NCBI GenBank assembly: GCA_001724245.1
Contig: MEDX01000009.1
Location: 57,279 to 77,278 of the forward strand
From: Fonticula-like sp. SCN 57-25
Taxonomy: Eukaryota
DNA: 20,000 nucleotides
Direction: 5' to 3'
The notes below the pieces were generated by a model. It was not told the DNA's origin. It saw nothing but the letters and a program-made list of their open reading frames with translations, and did not search any database. This document shows, one piece after another, positions 9,722 through 19,849 of the stretch; position 1 is the first letter of the stretch; each line of letters opens with the position of its first letter. The position numbers and the translations under genes were made by a program.

Positions 9722-11776
9722 ATGCTGAGCGGCAAGTTCACCTCCAAGCTGCGGATGCGCAAGTCGCAGTCCACCTCTGATCTTATCAGCGGGCCATTCA
9801 ACTTTGAGCACGGTGTCCATATTCATTATGATCCGGTTGAGAAGAGCTACACGGTACGCCGAGATTGGTGCCCCACCTCCCGTCTCTAACGCGCGCTCCT
9901 TTCTGCGTGTTTTGCAGGGATTTCCCGATGTGTGGCACGAGGCGGTGCCGGAAGGGACAAAGGCCGAGCTCGCGAGCACGCAAGAGCTCAAGGTCGGGTT
10001 GGAGGTGCCAAAGTTTTCTGAAGGTACGCGTGCGCTCATGGCACTGGTCCGATCGTTGCTAAACAAGCCAGCAGCGACCAAGCGGCCAAAGGCATCCGGC
10101 GTTGGCCGTCTAAAGATCAGCGAGCCGTTCAATATGACACACAAGGTCCACGTCAACTTTAACGCGGAAACGGGCTTTCAGGTACTTTTCCTTCTTCCCG
10201 TGCTGATGTTTTGCTCATTGCCGTGTTTCAGGGGCTGCCCGACGACTGGCATCACCTGCTCAAAGGCTCCGGCGTTTCAGAGGACGAGATCGCCGCGACG
10301 AACCCGCGCGTGCTCGAGAGCGTAATGCGGCAGTTTCACAAGCGTTTTGAGAGCCAGGGCAGCGGCGGGACCGGCGAGCGCCGCTCCGCCACGCCGCCGC
10401 TTCCAACGACCGCGCCACCGCAGACCCTGCTGCCCACGTTGACAACGCTGCGGCGATCGCGCTCGGCAGAGATTATTGTGTACGCCACGATATTCTTTTG
10501 CATTGTTCGAAAGACGCCGAAAAAGTAACATTTGTTGTGATTTTAAGGCGTAATTTGGAGCTTGAGGCCGAGCAAGAATACCTCGACCTGGACGAAGACA
10601 CCCCCGACATGCCGCTCTCATCAATCCAGTTTAACGTAATGAACGACGCGTCCCTCCTTGGTGCGTGCATCTTTACTTGTGTTTCTGTGCTGACATGAGC
10701 GCTCTTTTTCAGACGGGCTCGTCATCAAGGCCGACCCGGCCGCCATTTACCACGACTGGGATAAGATCGGCGAGGGCGGGTCGGGAACCGTCTACCGCGC
10801 CTTTGACAAGCAAAAGAAGCCCGTACGTCTTTTGTGCAAAATATTACCCATTTTGGGGCCATTTTCGGATCATTTTTTGTGTTTATTCATGCTGTTTCCC
10901 GCGCCCAGGTTGCCGTCAAGGTGATCCCGATCAACAAGCGGTCCGAATTCCGCGTCATCCACAATGAGATCCAGGTGCTTCGGAGCAGCTGGCACCCCAA
11001 CATTGTCACCTACTACGACAGCTACCTTACAGACACTTCACTTAGCGTACGCCTGGTTGGAATAAAAGTCGGTTTCTGACGCTTGCTGCAGCTGGTTATT
11101 GAGTTTATGGACGGCGCCGTGCTGACGCAGCTGCTGTGCAATGGATGGATGCAGGAGCCGCAGGTCGCTTTTGTTTGCCGCGAAGTTCTCTCTGCGCTCG
11201 CCTACATGCACTCGTTCGACCGCATCCACCGCGACATAAAGAGCGACAACATCCTCGTGACCGCCCACGGCCACGTCAAGCTTGGTACGTATTTTTTTGC
11301 CATGTTTTTGCTCTGCTGACGCGCCGCCGCAGCCGACTTTGGGTACTGCGCGCAGCTGACGAACCTGACGCGGCAGCGCAACTCGGTCGTCGGGACGCCG
11401 TACTGGATGGCGCCCGAGCTGGTGCGCGGGCAGGACTATGGCCTCGCCGTCGATATTTGGAGTCTCGGCATCGCCGCCATCGAGATGGCCGAGAGCGAAC
11501 CGCCGTACCTCGAGCTTCCACCGCTTCGCGTACGACGTCTTGGATATTTTGTGTTTACTGACGCTTTTTTAGGCGCTGTTTCTTATTGCGACGAGGGGGA
11601 GCCCGACGCTCGAGGAGCCGTGCCGCTTCTCGGATTCGTTCCGCGACTTTGTCGGGCTCGCCACGAGCACGGACCCGTGCGCGCGGCCAGACGCGACGAC
11701 GCTGCTCAAGCACGCGTTCCTCGAGGGCGCCGGGCAGCCGGCCTGCATCGTGGAGCTGCTCGATATGCTAAAGTGA
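9722..11776 (+). CDS. PAK: p21-activated (STE20/PAK family) Ser/Thr kinase with two CRIB/PBD domains, 10 exons
   Basis: Exons 9722-9853, 9918-10023, 10072(or 10075)-10181, 10232-10479, 10548-10660, 10713-10822, 10909-11046, 11092-11284, 11333-11529, 11573-11776. CRIB1 [16 protein letters not shown]2 [18 protein letters not shown]; kinase [63 protein letters not shown]. Confidence 0.93.
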
Positions 11777-11985
11777 TGCGGGAGGGTCGCATCTCACCAA
11801 CAGAACAGACAGTTTAGCCACAGAATGTTCGCCTTTTTTGCCGACCATTTAGAGTCGTTTGTACTGCCCTTTTTGCACATGTTTCGCGCCTACCCTTTAT
11901 TGTGAGTATTTTGCACAATATATAATTTTTTGCATTGATCTTTTGCCGGAACTGTCCGGTTTTGCAGCCCACCTTGCGCACTTCG

Positions 11986-12043
11986 CACGTCATCACTGCT
12001 GATGTCATCACTTACGTCATCACGTGAAAATTCACGTGACGTG
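11986..12043 (+). promoter_or_regulatory. Cluster of CRE/ATF-like sites and two E-boxes upstream of the GATA gene
   Basis: cacgtcatcactgctgatgtcatcacttacgtcatcacgtgaaaattcacgtgacgtg: GTCATCAC three times, TTACGTCA, and CACGTG at 12021 and 12033. Confidence 0.5.
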
Positions 12044-12175
12044 CGCGCGTTTGACAAGGCTTGGAAACACAACTTGGCGCGACGATTCAGGGAACGGTGG
12101 CGAGCGATTAGACACGAGATCCCTGTTTTGGACCAGTACAGCTCGCTGCCTTTGTTATCTAGTTGATTCGACGCC

Positions 12176-14670
12176 ATGGCGCCGATCACGCTAAAGATCA
12201 AGGGCAAGAACTTTATGCCGTTCTTTGAGATGGACACGGAGGATGAGCTCCAGAAAACGTGGCGGGTTTGCACTCGTGTAAAGGACTCTCTCGAGAACGG
12301 CAGCCGGCTAGAGAACCTCAGCTGGCGGTTATGGCATCTTCACTACAAGCAGAAGCGCGATGTTATCTACAAGAACAAGTCGATAGCGGCCGTTCTGGCG
12401 AGCAAGTTTGACCCCATCCCGGAGTTGGCGGGAGACCGGCGAAAGAAGCCGCAGACCGCCGCCGCCACGTCAGAGGGCGCGCCAGTGCCCGCGGACGCTG
12501 CCGCAACGTTGGCCGCTGCGGGGAAAAGCACCGCCGCTGTACCACCGCAGTCGGTGCCGGTGCCCGCCGCGATCAATCCTCAGACATCTGCCGTGGTACG
12601 CATGATTCCCATCGCCTAATTGATGCTGACGTTTCCTTTTGATGCAGCAGGCCGAGGAGCGCCGCGACGACTCGCCGTTCCCGCACCAATTTAACTCTCA
12701 CCCCGGGAATGTAAATATCCATTTCACGTCGGACGGCGCCATCTCCGTGTCGGGCGAGGTCGAGGATCTTTTGGGCGGGCTCGGTAGCACGCTCTTTTCG
12801 GATCCGCTCACATTCGACTTTGAAATTCACCCGCACACAGAGGTACGCTTGTTATATGTTTTCTATGGCAAAATATCAAGTTTTGTATTGTTTATGTGGT
12901 CTTTTATGGTCACCTTGAAGAGTACTCTTGAGTTCTTTACTCTAAGTACTCTGTATTCTTGTCTTGGTTCCACTCTATGTTCTACTCTGTACTTTAACCA
13001 GCTGTTTACTCTATACTTTACTCTATGTTTCACTGTATCCCTGTTCCCTTTCCTAACTCTTCCTTAGCAAAACTACTGGCCAGACATGTCGAGCAGCCTC
13101 GCCGCCCCCCCCGCCCCCCCCGCCGCCCCCTCTCCCTCCTTCCTCGCCCCCGCTCGCCCGCCGCCGCCGCCGCCACTCCCGCCGCTTTCCATGATGACGT
13201 CACAGCAGCAGCCCACTGACGCGTCGTCAGCACTTGCTGCTGCCCAGGCGCCCATCGCGGCGGCGGCGCAGCCAATGGGAGGCGTTGATTTGTTGGCGCC
13301 GTTTATTTCGCCGGCGTTGCTCGAGGCGGCTGACGCGGCAGAAATTCAAAGAGTGCGTTGTTATATTGGTGTATATGTGAGTGTGTCATGTGTGAGTATA
13401 TTATCATGTATCATTTCATGTTGTGTGATCATGTCATGTTGTTTATCATGTATCATGTCTTGGTATCATGTGTGCCTCATCATGTGTGATAGTGTTCATG
13501 TACCTATGTTTTCCATTCATCTTGTTCACCCACTCACACGCTGACTCAGCAAATGAATGTCCCCGTGATGCACCGCTTCCGCCCCCACGACCTCTCCCTC
13601 CCCTCCTCCCCCTTCTACCTCCCCCAATCCCCCCAACAACAGCAGCAGCAACAAGCCCTCTACAACATGCAGGTCATGCACGCCAAGGACCCATCCTCCC
13701 CCTTCATGACGTCATCAACCAGCCCACGTGGCGCGCGCCTTTCCCTTGGCGGGTCACCGAAAGCGCCGCCATTGGACGGCTCGCTGTCGTGCGTCAACTG
13801 CGGCGCCACAACGACGCCGCTGTGGCGCCGCGCGACCAATGGCGGCGCACTTTGCAATGCGTGTGGACTTTACCAAAAGCAGCATCAGCAAGATAGGCCG
13901 CGTCAGTCGCCGTCGTCGCGGCGGGAAAAGGAAAAGGCCGAGGCGCAGACGGAGACGGCGGTGTGCTCGAATTGTAGGACGACGACGACGCCGCTGTGGA
14001 GGCGGAGTGAGGGGGGGAGTGGGGCAATGTTGTGTAATGGTGCGAAAATGAAGAGGGAAGGGAGGAAATATGTTATGTTTGTAGTGGGAAAAGGAATTAT
14101 TGTTGTGTTTGAAAGGGAAAAGGAAAAAATAGTGTAGTATTTGTAGAGGGAAAAGGAAAATATTGTTGTGTTTGTTGTGGGAAATTATGTTGTGTTATTA
14201 TTACTTTAGTGTTGGCTTGTCATGTTGTTGTGCTTGTAATGGGTAATTTTTTACGTTCTTGTAATGATGACTATCTTGTGATAATGACTATCTTGTGATG
14301 ATATTGCTTTCTTGATATGTTGATATTCCATCTTTTTCTTTTGTGTTGTTCGAATGCTGACGACTTTTCAGCGTGCGGACTTTACCGCAAGCTTCACAAT
14401 GACGACCGCCCAATCTCAATGAAGACTGACGTCATCAAAAAACGGCAGCGGTACGAGCCGGGTGGCGGCGGACCCGGTGGAAAGCGCGGGAAGCGCGAGG
14501 CATCATCTTCGCCCGTGCTCGCCGCCGACGCTGCCACGAATGGGAATCACCTTAGGAGCATAAGGCCGACGGGAGATGCGCATGTAAAGATGGAGCAGCA
14601 GTACATGGATGCGGCGATGGCGGTGGCGCCGCAGCAGGCGGCTGATGGCGCACTGCGGCCAGCATCATGA
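12176..14670 (+). CDS. GATA transcription factor with an N-terminal DUF1752 (AreA/Gat1-type) motif and two GATA zinc fingers, 5 exons
   Basis: Exons 12176-12595, 12648(or 12651)-12842, 13068-13352, 13550-14039, 14372-14670. [26 protein letters not shown]; finger 1 [22 protein letters not shown]; finger 2 [44 protein letters not shown], split by intron 14040-14371. Confidence 0.92.
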
Positions 14671-14831
14671 AGATGAGGATGTGACCATGTGTCGTTGAGC
14701 GTTAATATGATGAATGTAACTCTTTTGTACTCTTTTTTGTACCTTTCTTTGTTATAATACTACGCATTTGACATCACAGTTGCCTTTCTATATCATTTTT
14801 GGGTCCGTTTTTCATCAAAGCACAGCATTCA

Positions 14832-14891
14832 CTTGAGGGGCATTTGTTCGCTTGAGGGGCATCAGTTCAGCATCAAATCACTTGAGGGGCA
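14832..14891 (+). promoter_or_regulatory. Three exact direct repeats of CTTGAGGGGCA upstream of VPS33
   Basis: Copies at 14832-14842, 14851-14861 and 14881-14891; ATG at 14925. Confidence 0.55.
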
Positions 14892-14924
14892 GTTGCTGCT
14901 GACCTGCCGAGGTGTTGTTTGGGG

Positions 14925-17833
14925 ATGGCCCATCTTTCAACGGGAGCGATCAATGTCGGCATCATCCGCGACCTTGCGCGGCGCGCCTTGATAGATGCGC
15001 TGGACACGGTGCGTTCCGTTTTCTCTTTTTAATATATACGGCTTTTGCTGATGCTCGGCCGGGATTAGGTGAGCGGCAAGAAGGCCATGGTGCTGGACTC
15101 GCTGCTGAGCGGCCCGCTCGGCCTCGTCTCCGAGTACTCGATGCTCAAGGAGCACGGCGTCGAGAACGTGTACCACCTGCAGTCGGGCCGCCTGGACACG
15201 ACCCAGCGCAACATTGTCTACATTTGCCGGCCGGAAATGATCTACATGAAGTACATTGCCGGTACGCCCCTTTCGCCCTGGCAAGTGGCGATGACTGACG
15301 CGATGCCGCCGCTGCGCAGATCATATTCATATTCACAACAAGGCGGGCGACAATAGCAAAAAGTATTATGTTTTCTTTGTCCCCCGCCGCTCCCTCATCT
15401 GCGAGCGCGTGCTCGAGGAGGAAGGCGTGTTTGGCAACGTGACGATCAGCTCGCTCAACATGGATCTCTTCCCCATCGACAACGACATCCTTTCGCTCGA
15501 GCTCGACAGTTCCTTCCGAGAGCTCTTTTTGGTACATTTTATATCTAATTTTATGCTTTTTTGTTCATATTTTCTGACGGTGTTTTTTATTTCAGGATGG
15601 CGATCGGACGTCGCTGTACTACGTGGCGCGTTCTCTGATGAGCATGCAGTCACTGTACGGCGTGATCCCCAAGATCTACGGCAAGGGCCACTGCGCGCGC
15701 GTCGTCGCCGACATGATTTTGCGCATGCGGCGGGAAGTCGCGAGCGAGGAGAACGCGATCGCGCCAGAGATCGACTCGATCATCCTCATCGACCGCATCG
15801 CGGTACGCACCATTGGATCTCGCATCGCAGCGGCATCTCATATGGGAAATGATTATAGGACCCTATTACGCCGATGCTGCAGCAGCTCACTTATGAAGGC
15901 CTTATCGACGAAGTGTTTGGCATCCAAAACAGTGCGTGATCTTTTCTCTTTTCATGATCTTAAGCATGATCCCTTGCATGATCTTCATGATCTTGATGAT
16001 CTGCATGTGATCTCTTGACCATTTTCTTTCCTTCCTTTTCTTTCCCTTTTCTTTCCCTTTTCTTTCCCCTTTTCTTCCCATTTCCTCTGCTTACCCTTCT
16101 TTTCAGCCCATGTTGATCTTGAACCGGCGATCACTGGCCAAAAAGAGCGCCGCAAGATCCCCCTCAACTCTGGCGACTCCCTCTACGCCGACATCCGCGA
16201 CCGCAACTTTGCCGTCATCGGCCCCATCCTCAACAAGTCCGCCAAGCGCATCAACGCCGAGTACGAAGAGCGCCACTCGGCCAAGACGATCTCGCAGATG
16301 CGCGACTTTGTCGGCAAGCTCGGGTCGATCCAGCAGGAGCATCAGTCACTGAGGATTCGTGCGACATTTTTTTGAGTGGTTTGGAATTATGGGTTAATGG
16401 TATATTGGATAGATACGAATGTGGCAGAGCAGATTATGCTGCTGACGAGGGAGCCAGAGTTTCATCGCAGGTTGGAGGTTGAGCAGAGTACGTCATGAGA
16501 TGAATGGGAATTGGGAGTGTATGGGGAAGAATATGGGGATGAGAGTGAGAGTGGATATGGGAAAGAGTATGAGTATGAATGTGGATATGAGTATGAGTAT
16601 GAGTATGAGTATGAGTGTGGATATGAGTATGAGTATGAGTGTGAGTATGAGTATGAGTGTGAGTATGAGTATGAGTATGGGTATGAGTGTGGATATGAGT
16701 ATGAGTATGAGTGTGAGTATGAGTATGAGTGTGAGTATGGGTATGAGTATGAGAACATGTATGAGTATGAGTACATGTATGAGTATGAGTATGAGATCAT
16801 GTATGAGAACATGTATGAGTACATGTATGAGAACATGTATGAGTACATGTATGAGTATGAGTGTCTGTATGATTATGATGACCATCAGTGTTCCAGTTGA
16901 TGACCATGACTACCATGACTATTTTCTGTTCCTCTTCCCCTTACTAACCCCAATTCTTCCCACTAGACCTCCTCGCCGGCATTGACAGCAGCGTCAACAC
17001 CGACTACATCGAAGAGCTCATCCACCGCCAGACCCCCTTCCCCAAGATGATCCGCCTCCTCTGCCTCTACTCCTGCGTCAACAACGGCATCAAGCCCAAA
17101 GTACTCGACGCCCTCAAGCGCGACATCCTCCAAACATACGGCTATGACAAAATGTTTACCCTCAACAACCTCGAAAAGGCCGGCCTGGTAAAGAAGGCCG
17201 ACGCGCGCAATCCGTACCCGCAGCTGCGCAAGGCGTTCCGGCTGAGCGTCGACGACATTGACGAGAAGGAGCCGAATGATATTGCGTATGCGTACTCGGG
17301 GTATGCGCCGCTGTCGGTGAGGCTCGTGCAGGCGTGCTTTGGGAAGGGGGGGTGGAGGGGGCAGGAGGACGCGATGAGGTTGATTCCGGGGCCGGCGTTT
17401 GAGGAGGTGCAGCAGCTTCCCGCCGGACTTCAGCCAAAGAGTGCGTTGTGGGTAATTTGAGGGTAATTTGAGTCATTTTGTTTCATTTTGTGTGTTTTTG
17501 TGTCTTTTTTAACCCTTTTTGTGTCATTCGCCTGTCTTTTTTGACCCTTTTTGGGGTCTTTTTGGGTCATTCGTCTGTCTTTTTCTGCTCCTTTTTGTGC
17601 CTTTTCCCTTTTTAACCACCTTTTATACAGAGAACTTTGGGTCTGCGACGGGCACCAAGACGACCATTGTGTACTTTTTGGGCGGGTGCACGTACGCCGA
17701 GATCGCCGCGCTGCGCTTCCTCGAGACGCAGAGCGAGGGGCAGCGCGAGTTCATCATCGCCACGACAAAGCTCATCAACGGAAACACGCTCGTCGAGAGC
17801 ATCATTGAGCCCATTGACAACAAGCTCGTCTAG
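14925..17833 (+). CDS. VPS33A: VPS33A, Sec1/Munc18-family subunit of HOPS/CORVET, 9 exons
   Basis: Exons 14925-15008, 15069-15261, 15320-15531, 15596-15802, 15859-15931, 16107-16358, 16413-16487, 16967-17440, 17631-17833. MAHLSTGAINV, GPLGLVSEYSMLKEHGVE, FFVPRRSLICERVLEEEGV, IPKIYGKG, LIDR..DPITPMLQQLTYEGLIDEVFGI, YADIRDRNF, PNDIAYAYSGYAPLSVRLVQ, YFLGGCTYAEIAALRFL. Confidence 0.95.
16540..16865. repeat. Intronic (GAGTAT)n hexamer microsatellite with GAGTGT/GGATAT/GAGAAC/GAGTAC variants
   Basis: Tandem gagtat units inside the 479-nt VPS33 intron 16488-16966; explains the YEYE, MSMS, YSYS and ILIL ORFs. Confidence 0.95.
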
Positions 17834-18050
17834 TTATAGAGACTTTTATGCCATGTTTAATATACTTTTTTCACTGAGGACATCCAAAGATTAGATGGGC
17901 ATCTGTGGGAAAAGTTGGCCCCGCAAAAGTGGATTCGAGCGCTGTGATTGGTTGAAAAGGTCGGTTTGGGTCGGTTTTGTGCGCAGTCAGCGTGTTGTCG
18001 TCAGGAGCGGCACGTCACCACCCGCTGATTGTGATTGATTGGAGGCCGCC

Positions 18051-19849
18051 ATGTCGCTGGAGGAGGTGCTAGACTCGCTGGAGGAGGAGTTTGCGGTGCC
18101 CGCGTCGCGGCTTAACGCGAGCATGTATGCACGCTAAATGTGGTTTATTTAAGGCGATTGACGCGTGTTTGGTAGCGATGGCTTTCTGTCCGAGATGGCT
18201 GAGGGCCTTGCTGGCCGCCCGAGCTCGCTCAAGATGCTCCCTTCCTTTGTGACGCGCCGCTGCAACGGCAAAGAGACCGGCCGCTACATCGCGCTCGATC
18301 TCGGCGGCACCAATTTCCGCGCCGTCCTCGTGACGCTGCATGGCAACGGCCGCTTCACCTCGGTCCAGAAAAAGTTTGTCGTGTCGCCGGCGTACCAGAC
18401 GGGCGATGGCGAGCAGGCGCGCATCATTTTTCCTCTTTTTTGTCGCTTTATTAACACTTTATTATATTGTTTCTTTTAGTTGTTTGACTTTCTTGCCTCG
18501 TGCGTCGATGAGTTCCTGACCGAGCAAGACGTCAAGGGCGATCATCTCCAGCTCGGCTTCACCTTCTCCTTCCCCGTCGAGCAGCTCAGCATCAACAGCG
18601 GCAAGCTCATCAACTGGACCAAGGGCTTTTCCAGCGCCAACGTCGAAGGCCGCGATGTCGTGCAGCTCCTCAACGATGCCCTCCATCGCCTCGTACGCCA
18701 TCGCCTCGCCACTCTCTTTGCTGACTCAGCATTAGGGCATTAATGTGACGGTGGCCGCCATCGTGAATGACACGGTGGGAACACTCGTCGCGGCGTCGTA
18801 CGCGGACCGCGACGCCGTCTGCGGCGCTATTCTGGGGACGGGGACGAACGCGGCGTACGTCGAGCGCGTCGATCAGATCGGAAAGTGGACGGGTGGGGAT
18901 GCGGCGGGCGAGATGATCATCAACATAGAGTGGGGGAACTTTGGCCATGGCGACTCGCAAAAGGTGCGTTAAAATGAACATTTGTAGTATGTTTTATTGT
19001 ATTGATTTATTGTGTTGTTAAATTGTGTTGCTATATTGTCGTTTTTGATACATTTATCGGTCAATGTGTTGGTCATGTTGATACTTTTTTTTGCTTATTT
19101 TGATGGTCATTGTGACACATTTGACGTCATTTTGCCACTTTTTGCCATATTTTTGTCACTTTTCTGTCACTTTTATCGTTCAATTTTAACTTTCTCTCTT
19201 CCCAGTACCTGCCACTGAGCGCGTATGACATGTCGATTGACGCCGCGAGCATCAACCCCGGCGAGCAACCCTATGAAAAACTCATCTCTGGAATGTACTT
19301 GGGCGAGATCGCGCGCGCCATCATTGACGATCTTGTCCGTCGGCGGCTCCTTTTTGGTGGCCACGTGGTTGGGTTTAGTGAGCCGTATGCATTCGATACA
19401 AAGTACATGTCGGCCATCCTCGAGTACGAATATGGGTTGGTTTATGATTTATGATTGGTGGGAAGAGGGAAATGGGGTGTGCTGATTGGTGGAGAATGGG
19501 AATAATGTGTGCTGATTGGTGGAAAGTGGGCTTGTAAGTGGAGGAAAGTGAGATAAAATACATGTTCATGGGTTTCTTATGTGATTCACTTTGTGCTCAT
19601 TGGTGAAAAGCATGAGTAACCGTGTGCTGATTGGTGGATAATAATCATTAATTATATCTGATTGGTGGAAAATATTGCTAAACTACTTTTAGGGATGATT
19701 CGCCTTTGCTTGATGGCGTTGCGGCCACACTTGCTCAGTTTATTGGTTCAGTGGCGGTGTCGGCCGAGGACAGGCAGGCAGTGAGGCGCATTTGCCACTT
19801 TGTGGGAGTGCGCGCGGCGCGCTTGGCGGCAGTCGGAATCACTGCAGTG
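18051..19849 (+). CDS. HXK: Hexokinase (Hexokinase_1/2 family); 3'-partial, continues past the window
   Basis: Exons 18051-18124, 18176-18416, 18480-18692, 18736-18963, 19206-19423, 19693-19849, then an intron running off the end. LKMLPSFVT, ALDLGGTNFR, LGFTFSFPVEQ..INWTKGF, AIVNDTVGTL, ILGTGTNAAYVE, MIINIEWGNF, NPGEQPYEKLISGMYLGEIAR, RAARLAAVGI. Confidence 0.96.
19452..19670. repeat. Dispersed intronic repeat GTGTGCTGATTGGTGGA
   Basis: Exact 17-mer at about 19477, 19507 and 19622, with partial copies (TGATTGGTGG) at about 19452 and 19659, all in hexokinase intron 19424-19692. Confidence 0.8.

Noticed and set aside
2276-12650. Uniform short introns starting GTGCG/GTACG as introner transposons
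   Set aside because: Intron bodies share no similarity beyond donor, branch point and acceptor; no terminal repeats or target duplications were seen.
16462-16985. Four overlapping low-complexity ORFs (YSYS, MSMS, ILIL, YEYE)
   Set aside because: Artefacts of a stop-free hexamer microsatellite in a VPS33 intron.
418-17833. Rabenosyn and VPS33 as an endosomal trafficking gene cluster
   Set aside because: They are ~13 kb apart with seven unrelated genes between; chance proximity is sufficient.
18125-18175. GTATGC donors (here and 1181 on minus) as U12-type introns
   Set aside because: They lack the RTATCCTT donor and TCCTTAAC branch consensus.
2218-19849. Fragmented ORFs suggesting pseudogenes, frameshifting or a variant genetic code
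   Set aside because: Every break is resolved by a spliceosomal intron in the correct phase with the standard code, and catalytic motifs are intact.
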